Source: Ramazzottius varieornatus
Lineage: Eukaryota > Animalia > Tardigrada
Assembly (NCBI GenBank): GCA_001949185.1
Contig: BDGG01000004.1
Coordinates: 3,231,267 to 3,295,266, forward strand
DNA: 64,000 nt
Direction: 5' to 3'
Positions 37,722 through 50,100 of this stretch are shown piece by piece. A program made the position numbers and the translations under genes. Below the pieces are notes generated by a model. It saw only the letters and a list, made by a program, of their open reading frames with translations. It made no database searches and was not told the DNA's origin. How positions within the stretch are numbered: position 1 is the first letter of the stretch; the number at the start of each line of letters is the position of its first letter.

Positions 37722-40490
37722 ATGACAATGTCGACGTTGGTGGAGACGGTGAATATCAATTACGAGGACTTTAGCGATAGCTTCCTGACTTGCACAACCT
37801 GCCTCAACCGCTACGACCCCAGCGAGCACGCGCCCAAACTGCTGCCATGCTCGCACACAATCTGCCACACTTGCCTAGGCAGGATCGCCGAGAATGCGGC
37901 GGGACGAACGCCGCCAACCTTTCGTTGTCCCATTTGTCGCAATTCCATCGTGATTCCCAGAGGAGGCATCGCCGCTTTACCGCCCTCCTTCTTGGTAAAT
38001 CAACTCTTAGATCTGATGGCCTCTCAACACCGCGAAGTCATCCCCAAATGTACCAATCATCAGTCCGAAGAACTGCTACTGTGTGAAAGCTGTGATGCCG
38101 TCTTCTGCACGCGATGCAATCAGCCTAAACAGGTTTGTCCTCAACCAGGTCAAGTCATCAATGAGGAATAATTCACTAAATTACTGTAGGTAAAATATCT
38201 ACATGAGATATTCCTATGCGTGTTTAAAATCCCATACGGTGTAAATGTTCTCGGAGAGTTCGGCGGAGAAAGATTTGTTCCAGGTGGTGCACGTTCACAG
38301 TACGATTCGGTGAGAGCGTGCGCCACTTGGGAAAACGTTTTTGTCGAGTGGGTTAGCCCGGATTTCGTTGGATGATGATGATATTGGTGCTTCGGTTAGT
38401 GACTGGTTTGCTTTGGCAGGTGGAAAATAAGCAAGGGGATTTTGTCTGTCATCACGACGCGACGGTGGTTCCTTTCTCGATTGCCCTAAAACGCATGTCG
38501 AAGATTATGCTCTATAAGGCGCAAAGCTGCTTCCAGCGACTGGAAGTTGGGGAACAAGCCATCCTGAAAGAATGCCAAAGCCTCGACGTGTCCTTCAACG
38601 TCACCAAAGCCGCCATCAACAAGTCGATGGAAAGCATCTACGCTCTCGTTGAAAAGCATCGAACCTTCCTTGTCGCGAACCTGGAGAACCTGAGAGACCA
38701 GAAGAAGGGTGTCCTGCAAGAACAGTTGGAAATTCTGAAGGACGAAAAGCGAAAAATCGAAGCCGTAAGAATATTTTGCCTCATTGAAATTTCAAACTAA
38801 GTTTCTCTGAAATCGGAATTCGGTACCAAGGAAGTTCATTTATTTTGATACTTGCGCTATTTTTGTTTGCAGGTATGTCATACGGAAACCGGACCGAATG
38901 TGCAGCTGGAAATGCAGGCCATAGGTGGGAAAATAGGCAGTTTGAACTCGATGTTAGGCAGTATGAACCTGTTGTGTGATCCTCGAGAGAACGCCTACAT
39001 GTTCTTCCGGTACGGTCACAACGACATCCTTCAAGAACTCAGGACCTGTCTGGAAGGTTTCGGTGAGATCAAGCACAGCCACACGCTGCCGTCGCTGTGC
39101 AAAGTAATCGTAAGTCCCTCCGTCGCCCACCTGACGACCACAATAACGCTGACGTGTTATGACTACAATGGCCATGCAGTCAAGTATGGCGGGGACCCGG
39201 TGACGGTGATGGTAACTGACAGCCACGGGAAGTCGATCCATTACTCCTTGAAGGATAACGATAATGGGTCGTATGAAGTTGCCTTCACACCGACCCTACC
39301 TGACACCTATTCCGTGGAAGTGAAGATCTTTGATCGGCATGTCCAAGGAAGTCCTTTCGAGTGCAAAGCCAGTGAACACATCAACCCGGTATGTTCTTTT
39401 CGTTGAAGAAACGTCTTTTCATATTATGAACATTTCTTGAATCTCCCGAAATTATTTAACGTACGAGGCACTGGCAATGGAGTGGACACTGCGAAATGCA
39501 ATCAATCAATGTAAATACACGGTGGCCAGGTTGTCCATATCAATGTCAAATCTGGGAGAGTCCGCTCAATTGCCGTTGCCTCGTATCTTTAGAGTGTTGC
39601 GGAATTTTGCAAAAAACTTTCTAAATTCTCTTTAGGATTCGTCTTGAATTTCCAACTATTGCTGACGAATGACTGATCATTTGCAGGTGCGTATATACCG
39701 GGGCCAGGATGTGGGCTTGTCCCGCCCAGTCAGTATTGTTAAGGGGAAAGACAACAAGTACTACATTCTTGATACGGGAAATGATCGCATAGCTGTGATG
39801 ACAGAAGACTTTGAGCAAAAGTCCAGTATTAAGCTGCCCGATTCCGAGCGGCAGTCGGTGACGGGTATGGCCTTGTCGCCACAAGGCACGCTAATCTGCA
39901 CGAACTGGCGCACCCGCGAAATCTTTGAGATCTCCTTTGCCGGAGAAATTCTCAGGCGCTTCACCTCGCAAGAGCTTAACTGTCCATGTTCAGTGGCGGT
40001 GAACTCGAAGGGTGAGATCTTCGTAGCGGACAGCGGATTGGGGCTGATACTGGTGTTCAGTTCAGCTGGGAAGATGCTGAGGAAGATAACGGGAGTGGCG
40101 GGCCATCGGTTAGATCTCCTCCAGGCTATTTCGTGCTTTGAGAACGAAGAATCGCGGGATATCGTTCTAGCTGATAACATGATTAAAATTTATGATGAGG
40201 CTGGGAAACTCAAGAGTCAAATGGGTACAAGAGGCAAAGATGATATTTACCAAAGTGTGACGCTGGACGCGACGCATGACCTGTTGTTGGCTAGTAAAAC
40301 AGAAAAGCGCCGCAACGTGATTGAAGTGTGGAAGTACAGCACGGGCCAGTTGTCCTTCGTGATTGACAGTCATGACTGCAAGCTCAGACGACCCGCTGGA
40401 CTGGTCCTTGATGGCGATCGACATTTGCTGATCTGCGATGTGGGAGTTGGCTCCAATCAGGGAAGCATTTTGAAGTTCCCGTATGGATAA
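37722..40490 (+). CDS. TRIM-NHL E3 ligase (RING, B-box, coiled coil, filamin, NHL repeats; TRIM2/3-like, NHL-3 type); exons about 37722-38131, 38420-38764, 38873-39388, 39687-40490
   Basis: STLVETVNINYEDFSDSFLTCTTC...PKLLPCSHTICHTC...FRCPICR (RING); CTNHQSEELLLCESCDAVFCTRC (B-box); GGDPV...DNDNGSYEVAFTP...GSPF (filamin); NHL repeats LSRPVSI...ILDTGNDRI, PCSVAVNSKGEIFVADSG, RPAGLVLD. Confidence 0.93.
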
Positions 40491-41028
40491 ATGAAAGGAA
40501 GACGAAATCGTGATAGAAACCTGTAATTGACATTTTCTAGACTTGCCATACTTTCCTACTTTTTTCTCGAGTGTGATTGGTGGACCTTGTTTCTCTTTTT
40601 TTGGTTCAGCTATGAATAAAAATTTTCGGTCGAATTCTTCTGTTGGATGACAGCGGAAGATATTAGCTGTAAAACTTTTTGATTTTTTCTTCTCAAGACT
40701 GACGGATAGCATTATTTGCTTAACCGTACGTGTACTGTCTGTACAAAGCTTCCTGAAAGACAGCATCTAGACTGCAGTAGAATCTATTGTACATTTGTTC
40801 TGGAAAGGATTGGAAATAAAGAAGAAAGGACTGTGCGTCTCGTGAGAAAGCAAAAGCTAATCGTAACAAGGAACAGGATTGCAAGAAGCAACTTTTACAG
40901 TACAAAGCCCTGAGGTGAAAATGAACCCAAAGAAATTTGATCCACAACCTATCCTTACAAAAAAACTACTCTAAATCAGAATTGTCATCTGAGGACGTAG
41001 CGTAATGCCTGTTCCTCGTTCGCAAGCT

Positions 41029-42648
41029 TCAAAACTCCATATCGCTGGCGTTCGACAGTGTTGGAGACGGTGGTACGCAGAAGCGCTTGTCCGATGCAGA
41101 CTCGTCGTCGCTTTCTTGAGCTGGAACAAAATCTCTACAACGAACTGATGCACCGCCGGGAAAAACTAACCCTTACCTTTGCGCTTGCCCAGAAGACTTT
41201 GCCTCAGATGAGGATCGCGCATGCCATTGCTGGTCGAGTACGTCCGTCTATAAGGACTTTGACTGCCAGACCTGCCACGACCCACTGGACTGTGTGGACT
41301 TGCAGGCATCTATCGGACAATGTTACGTTGAAATATCAGAGGCGCTTCATACCCCTTTCTAGTTAGCATTGGTGTACAACTTACCGTGAAGAGAAGTCCG
41401 ACAGGACTGACCGACACTTCCGGATCGTTGAGATCCACGCTGCTGCATCGCGAAGAACCCGCGATGCTGATGGGTTCTGAGGCTCTTTCCGGAAACATGC
41501 TGACAGGACAAGTTTCTGTCGAACTGGGGGACGGAGGGCTCGGCATGGCTATGGAATGGCTGGGCGAGGCCTCGATAGTCGCTGGTGGCGTCCACGACAG
41601 GGAGGAGAATAAGTTAGGGAGCGTTAAATCACTGCAGGATCTGGGGAAACGATTGAAAACATAACCTAGCTTATAAAGTACTACAATACAGGTACTAGTA
41701 CTAGCTACGTAAAGCAAGGACGAAGAAGCATTCCTCACCTAGAGAGCCGCATTTTCGCGTGCATTTCTCTGCAAAAAGTAATCGCACTATATTATCAGCA
41801 ATAAACAGCTGGTATACTGTTTTTACCCTTCGCCATAGCACTCTGCGGCCACGAAAGACTTGGACTCTTGCTTGAGCTGGTTGATAACAGGTAACATCTG
41901 GAATACGACAGAATACGGGACTCCGAGGGTATTCGTATCCGAACGACGCACGCTGCGGCAGTCAGCCTTCAAAATAGGTCGTACCTTGCGTCGACGGAGC
42001 GGGAACCCTTCTGCATTTGCGCTGAGTCGGGAAGGACCGTGATCACCACCAAGGGAAAAGCCCTCGAGCTTGTCAACGGCACCTTTCAATCTCAGTGCAA
42101 TCCCATGATCAGATCCTCCCGGCCTGAAGTAGGTTCATACGTATAACGTTCTACGCATGTGTCAAAGAACGACTTCACATATTAGGTTCATACCTGGCAG
42201 GGGAATCAGGAAACGTGGGTACTGTGGAATGGACGCCCGAGTCATCTCGCCAACCAACAAACGGATTCTCAGAAACGTCTCTTGGGCTGCCATTGGAAGG
42301 TGAACAAGAAACTGTAAATCCTCGTCTGAGAAACAAATGCATTTTACTGCAGACCTCCAGAAGAAATCGAAACTAACTGACATCCATGCGGAGACTTGAA
42401 TCGAATGTCACTTGCGATCTGAGCAATCGAAGGCTCGTAACAATCTGAACGTTTGGACTTTGTGCCAGATACAGTCCATCTGATAAGGATGACCGCTTTA
42501 CTTACTTTCGAGGCTGGAAATCGCGCAGGGAATATGGATCAGAAGCTCGATACTTCATCGTACTTGGCTTTCGGACAACTTCAGCATTGTAGAGCGAGGG
42601 CTCGGGTGTGGAAGGATCGGAGCCAGTGTCTGTCATATCGCTGTCCAT
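41029..42648 (-). CDS. PABIR: PABIR/FAM122 family PP2A-B55 inhibitor (disordered, Ser/Pro-rich), about 8 exons
   Basis: Manual splice gives MDSDMTD...MKYRASDP...LPVINQLKQESKSFVAAECYGEGEMHAKMRLSRS (cf. FAM122A [33 protein letters not shown])...RSGSQSP...LRQSLLGKRK...KRF...DMEF* (cf. RRSQSP...RPSVLGPLKRK...KRF). The structure around 42320-42450 is ambiguous. Confidence 0.72.
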
Positions 42649-44177
42649 TTTGGGCAACGTCACACTACACTCTCACAGGTGTTGCAGTGGCCGCACGCGA
42701 ATGTTCATACAGATGCAGGTTGTCTCAAGCCTTTCCGCAATGACAAAGAATCTTGCGTTGCTGGTTGAGAGCTCCTCCAATTCTGAGCTTTCAGTTTCCT
42801 CGGTCAGCTCTTCTCGCAGAGCAACAGAAGTTCAGTGTGGAAGACGACGGCCCTGAAACAAAACCCAACTGCCATTTGCAACCAGGGCACATTCCGCAAT
42901 ACTCATTTACAGTACCTACAACAGACCCGGAGTATCCAATTCATCCTTGGTATCCAGATAATTCAGTGGCTGGGATGATCGAAATAGCGAAGCGTAAGGT
43001 GATGGAAGAAGTAGTTACTTCTGGACCCTGGAATTTCGAACTGACAGCTTGCATGCAGCTGTTTTGCTTTGGGACATGCTGTAGTGTCATGGACGGAAAT
43101 GTGTGATGTCACACTTTCACCGCACTGACGTCATGGACCCCAGATAGATTTGTTGAGCCTCGACAACCTAGTCAACGGCTTCCTCGATCGTCAGAGGATA
43201 ACGAAACACGTAAAAATACAGTAATGGCAGCTCTGGCAAATGGAAGCGATCAAGACTAACTTCAGAAGATCGACACATGGAAATTACCATCCGAGATCAG
43301 GCACCAGAAAAGGGGGAAATTCGCACAACCAATGCAGAGAGAACTAACCACTAAACAAGGAAATGAGGGAGCGTCCTTCTCGCCTTCGTCCAGGTGCTCA
43401 CTCGTCCATATCCATGTCCGACTGGCTTCGTCGTTCCCGGTTTGATGCTCGAGCTGGTCCATGTGAGTGGGTGGGTATTTGCTGTCCGTCGCGAGGGTCC
43501 TCTTCGTTGACTTGGGTCCGCCCTCCGAACCTGGTAGTGCCGACGGAGACTTGATCCGCCTTGCTTGGCGGATCGTAGTTCTGATGGCATTCATCAGCCA
43601 TCCATCTCCATAGTTCCCTGGGCAAGTTTCATGTTGTCCCCACATATCTTGGTCATGCTAATTGTGCATGAACTGTGGCTTTGGGTTATGGTCCCCTCAA
43701 ACACACGGGAAGCTTCTCCGATATGCGACTGCAAATCCTGGACAATACGTTGACTGGCTCCACGAAAGGACAAAGGTATAAACGAAAGGGTAAACCTCAA
43801 GATCCGATGCAAGGCCTTCGTAGAGACTCGTCGTGATACAATCTGTGCAGGGAACTCTGGTTCTGTCCGTTCTGCGACATCATTCCCAGAAATCTAATTT
43901 CGAGAAAATATTAGAACCTTGCAAAAACGGGTCTAGAGTAGACCATTTCACAAATTCATTTCTAACGATCGAACAGGGATAACTTACAGCATCAATATGA
44001 TGCAAACTAAAAGGTAAACCATCAGTTTCGTGTAAATCTTATGTGAGAAAACTGCACAAATAAAAGCCATTAAAAGACTGGAGTTTAGGATAAATAAAAA
44101 GTTGAAAGACTGCTTGAAAAAAACCAACAAATTGTGAGAGACAATGCGCTTTGCATCAGTGATCAGTACAATAAGAA

Positions 44178-47100
44178 TCAGTTCTTCTTTCGAAAACTCA
44201 GACCGCTGATTCCTTTGGCAGGTGGAGGTGCAGCAGGGGTAGTTGCCGGTGCTGACGGTGACTTATCCCGTCGCCCACTGATCGACCATCTACGTGACTT
44301 GCTTTCCGTCGGTTCTGCGGCCGCGAGAGAAGACTTGGAGGATGAAACTGTTATTCCGGATGGCGATTCCGGCACGGCATTCTGACCACTACTCTTCGAC
44401 CCCTTTTTGAGTAGATCAGCTTCAGAACGTACGACTTTCAGGGCTGGCACCGGAAACAAGAAACGTCCAGAGGACTTCCTCGTTATACCGGTGACAGGAG
44501 GTGTACTGGAGACGAGTGGGGTAACGATGACACTTTCGATCGGTGGCGGAGTGATGGGGCCGGAAACCGAACCTGTATACCCGCGGACGATACTGTTGGG
44601 CGACTCGGGGCTTCGTGGAATGGAAAGAGGTCTTCGACGGTCGGGCTCTACGAGGGACTTTGGTCGCATGGATACTTTTAACTTTGAACCTTCTGCGTTC
44701 GCTGCTTTGTGTGGTGGACGACCAGCGTGGCCCGTGTGCGGAGGTAGAGTTGATAGCAGGGCTGCCTCTGGGCAGAGCGGTGGCGCCACTGTACTTACCA
44801 AAGCCGTGGAGGCGATCGCCGGAGTCAGCCTTAAAACACGCATCAGATTAGAAATGCAAACGAACAAATACTGTTGTTTCGCAATTTTGTTTGCTGCCAA
44901 ATTTTATATTATCAGAATTTTATCACGAAATAATCTGAAAAACAGTTGTTAGAAGCTGTTGGGATGTTACCGTCTGACGGCATGTGATATGCACAAGTAC
45001 ACTGGTTCGGGAGCCGAGTTAAGGAATAGATGGTTAGAAGTGGGGGAATTGCCCATTAGAGTAGTGGTGTGAGGTTTGGGAGTTGGCAGCAAAGAAGCGC
45101 GTTGGGTATGCATGTCGATTAGTGACGACAAGGAGCAGACCGAAAGTGGGGATCCAATTAACATGTTAATCAATCAGACGTTCACTCACGTCATCTCTTC
45201 GCCTGGTTGCCGACCCTGTTGACGCTGGAAGTCTATAGGGCTCTGCAAGGCTCGCAAAAAGTTCTGCTGAGTGTCGAGCATGGTCTTGATCTGGGCAACC
45301 CAAATGTCTCGCTTCTCCTGAGAAGGCGCTTCTATGACGAACATTCGATCCCCAGTATGAGGATCTCTCGATCTTAGAGCGAAGCGTACGACGTCACGCT
45401 CTACTTCGATGAGCGACATCTTGTTCACCTAAAAAAAAATTAGCATCAATTCTTTTCCACACAGTAGGTCGTATCCGATCAGTATGAATAAATGCTGACC
45501 GGCAAATACCTGGATGTGGCTTTTGTAGATGTAGACCGGACTACTATAAGTCGACTTGTTCTTGTGGCTGCCCGAACCAAGTGCTTCACTGAAGATCACC
45601 ACTTGTTCAAAGACGAAAATCTGGCGCTCCTTGAACTTATTATTGGTGCCTGAGGCATCCTCGTCCTTTTTCTTCTCCTTCTCCTTGTCTTTCGCTGACT
45701 GGCCAGGTGGAGCCACAGCAGTGAAGGTTTCACACACCAGGAATGAGTCTTGTAAGAGAAGCTTCCCTTGCGCCGTCAGTTTGCCCTGTAGCGAGAAACC
45801 AAAGTAGAATAGAGGAGGATTAAATTTAAAGGTGCTTTCACAGTACCTCGAATCCTTGAAGTCTTCCAACTTCCATAAAGTCATTCGCCAGCTTGCATAT
45901 GCCCATGATGCAATTCATGGCTTTTTGAAGATCCGCCACATTCTTCTCGCCCAAACCGGCGCGCTCGGTATATTTCATGATGTCTTTGAGCATCAGCTGG
46001 TATCGCATGACTCTCTGTACAGGTTTGATCAGCATGTCAGGAAGCTTGAGTTTCTCGCCCAGTTTCATCCGAATCTCCTCGAAGTACGAGTCCACGTATT
46101 CCGAAACGATGAACTCTGACTTTGGCTTGTTTTGGCAGTACACAACGTACATCTGGAATTTTCTCTCCTGAAATAGACATCGTGGGTGTTAAGAGATGGA
46201 TTCTGCAGCAAAACATATGCAAACAGGTAATTGCGAGGGCATAATCGAGTTTCCGGCCTTCAAACTCTAATTATATTCGCATGTCGATCCGAATTTCCGA
46301 CACTTGCTATCGTTTGGAAGCTCAAAACACGGGATATACGTAAACATCAAGCACGTGCATACACTAGCTTCGTACACAACACTTGAACCCTTGTATGCAG
46401 GTATGTGAATAGTATGTTTGTTGGTTATTTTCATTATCTCGTTAAACTTATTCGGGTTTTTTGTTTCGTTTTCAATGGCAGGTTTGACAGATGCGGAAAT
46501 TTCCCGCATGAGGAATTGGATTCACTGTACTAGACTTTGTGAGCATTTCTGCACAGAAACCACTACTAAAAGTTGAAACAAACAGAGTATGACAGAGTAT
46601 TCCACTTCCTCAGGCAATTTTGCATATGAAGGGACAAGTTTAGGCGTACAACGGAAAGGGGAGACATCACGACTAAGTACATTTGGACTTACATATCGTA
46701 TGAAAGCTTGTGGTAATCGATCAGCCGCATCCAAACACTTCTCCAGTTCGCCATAGAATGTGCTGCAAAGACAGGAAGAAGCGAACGTCAATTTCTGGGT
46801 TCCGCGTCACTCATTCTTGTAAAAAGGGGACATCGAACAGATGACGTCAAGCAAGACTCGCAATTACTCTCTTCGTTACGAAAGAATAATTAAAGCTCGT
46901 TGCCGTTCATGGAAAGACCAGACCCTTTGTACCGCTTATCAAGCTCAACACGTTATTACGGCCAAAGCAGAAAAAAACCCATGAAACTTGAACTTCCGCA
47001 TTTCGATTATTCATAAGACTAGGGATCGACAAGTTTTGCTTACTCTCGATGGAACACATAGATCTGCTCGATATTCCCGAAAATGAGCTTATCACGTCCA

Positions 47101-50100
47101 TTCATGTCATCCGGTACGGGATTATTGTGCATGTGCGCAATGTAACCATCAATGATCAGACCCAAGTCCTTAACATAGTCCCTCTCGGTGTCCACCAGTT
47201 CGCGTAACACATAACTGCAAAACATACAACTTTCATCAAAAACTGACCGTTTTAAAAACAAGGTGAACGCCCGCATAAGAATTTGGAGTGTTTTTGTAAA
47301 ATTCAAAGAGAATATTCGGAAAAGTTTGCACATAGGTCAACTTACTCTCTCATTATCACAGCTTTGGCAGTGGGATCCTGGACCGCAATGGCGCTTTCCG
47401 GTTCAGGAGCTACTTCAGGTGCCTCGTCTGGGCCGTTCTTTTGTTCCCCGTCGGCGTCGGATCGATTGGCCAGCTCACTTGCTTGGTTACCTTCCATATT
47501 GGCAGACAGACCAGGGTCACCAAAATCCATACTTCCACCAAGCTTGGTCTCCGGAAAGCTTGTACTTCCATTCTGGACAATCTTGCTGTCCTGCGCCACC
47601 TCACCCGAAACACTGGACATTGTATTTCCTTTCGATACCAGCGGAGCGTTTCGATCCGTCATCTTAACATCCCCAGCCTTCGACACAGAAAAGAGCAAAT
47701 TTGGTTACTCCCGTAAAGAAGGATGAATGATACTTTACAGGGCGTCAAAGCATGTCTAATGTCATGTATAGCCGCATGGCAAATGAATGTGTATTGTTGC
47801 AAGGATGGAGCCCTGGTTGAGCTGGGACTAGGCTTACCAGCAGATTTTCAATTTCGCTTTCAGCTGCTAATTCATTGGTCTTTGGCTGGATCGATACAAG
47901 ATCGGTGGTATGACTGGTTAAAATAGCGCCTTCACTAGCTGGTAATGATGATGAGAGGAGCAGAGAGTGGCTGTGGCTGCTGTTGTCTGGAGCGTCTACA
48001 GTAGGAAGCTGCTGCTGGTTCACTGTCGAGGAGAAGACTGTTTCTGCCGTTGCATGAGCCACAGCAGGAAGCGCCGAGGCCAGGCTGAACGTCGTCGACA
48101 TTGGCGGCAGCGTATTTGAGGGGGCATTTAATCCCGAAATAGCCGTATGCATCTTTAACTGCGTCAGTTCCATGGCAGGCGGCATTTCCGCTACCGACAC
48201 TGAGGAAGCAACGCCAACATGCTCATCACTGTGCTGCTGTGTAATACTGACGGGTGGTTCGCTGCTGCTAGCCGCAACATCTAGCGACACATTGGCAGAG
48301 GCAGGAGCGCTGATACTACTGTTCACGTAGTGATCGTCGTCTCCTTCGGCTTGAGCAAGCGGTGGTGCTGATGAGCGGCGCAAGGCATCATCAGACGCGC
48401 CGGCCACAGGAACTGACGGGAAAGAAGTCTTGGCACGAGAGGAACTGCCAGCCGAGGAAGGTGGCGAATAGGAAGCGGAAGCGCAGTTGGAGCTCAGCAG
48501 GACTACCGAACCCTTCTTCGGCAAGGAAGCGACGGGGACGCCACCTCCGCTACTGCTCTTTGCTATGGAGCTCGTGTCAATCCGATTACTCGATAGCTTC
48601 CGTAGGGGGTTGTTGAAGATTTTCCGAAACGTGTTCTAAATACCAATCCGGTTCGTTTCTTAATAAAATTTATGGTCACTCGTCGGTATTGTGAAAGATT
48701 CGAGTCAAGGATACTCTAAAGTGGCGGACCCGGAAATTCGTGACTTACCCGTCTTTTTGTCGTGGGAGGCGGAACGGAAGTGGTGGACAATGTCGAATCA
48801 CCCAGACTACCATCATCGCCTGTAAATGATGAAAACGCCCATCGATAAAGTTCAGTGTCGCACATAACTAGAACCGTTCCATCAAACGAACCTGCAGTAG
48901 ACTGTGGAACTGGCAGCGTCATGGTGGAAGCCGATCCAGAAAACCCATCTGCAACAACAAAATCGTCAACTATCTTTCGAACGACTTCTATTCAATCCGA
49001 CATGGGAAAAGGGGTAACACACATAATTTCATCTATTCTCTGATAACTATATCTATCTATGGAACAGCAATACTGTTCCTTCGTGGAATCTATGTAAGAG
49101 AATCGCAGAGACCCCACCCTAATACCACACATTGGACCAGTATGAGACAACTGTTGGGTTCTGTACTACTGCCATGACTGATGAACCGCGGAGTTATAAT
49201 TGACGTGAACGTCATCCCGAGACCTGGTTTCCTTACTAGAGGGGAACTAATGGACGGCATCTGCGGTTGGACGCAGACTGATCAGTACAAATAAAACAAG
49301 GCCCGTCTCTGTCCAGTTCGTAAATCCCTTGAAACAAAATTTCAGTTACCGGGTCTCAATATGGAGATTTTCCTAGCGGAAAAGTCTCTTTCACGAGTCG
49401 ATAAAAACACTTTTCCATACACAGGAAATCCGAAAATTTCAAAGGTACGTACCATGCCGTTACGCGTTTACCATACTTGCGCGCGAAACAAATCGCAGAG
49501 TTCTCTTCAGACATTCACAATCAGGCTAAGCTTAGTTTGCGGTATCGAATTCGTGAAACCCTTAAACACACTTCTCGTGGGTATAAGTACCGACGTGACC
49601 ATAGAAAAACGTCGAAATGTCCACCGATACGTCAGACGAATTAGCGAAATTAACCAGGAAATAAGTTATAGTCACTTAACATTAGTTAGTCTGCCTAACG
49701 ATGAATCGAGTAAAAGCCAGAGTTTCGAATGGGATCAAGTTCAGCTGACACTTGGACGTATAATCTATTCAGCGGGAATCTCACAACCCCACACACGTCC
49801 ACATTTCAGCACCAGTTCAGCTGAACGTCAAGCACTCGTCCGAAAATCTATGGTCAAAAGGCTCTCACCCCAGCAACTCCTTGTCCACGACAAACACGAG
49901 GGACAGCTAAAGCGCCGCATTCCTTTCAACGTAAAATTCCCCAAACTTCCGTTCAGCTAGTTCATTCACTCGATGTAATTCTCATGGTCTAACGAGCCAA
50001 CCTCTCGATTCCACAGAGGCCCAAAATCAATATAGCATCATCGCTTCCGGCATAATCACTGCATATAAAACATTGGCATGTAAACACATCGTTAGAAGGT

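Noticed and set aside
49361-49960. 199-aa plus-strand ORF inside a Trio intron (possible nested gene)
   Set aside because: No recognisable domain or supporting exon structure; probably a chance ORF, though a BLAST was not possible.
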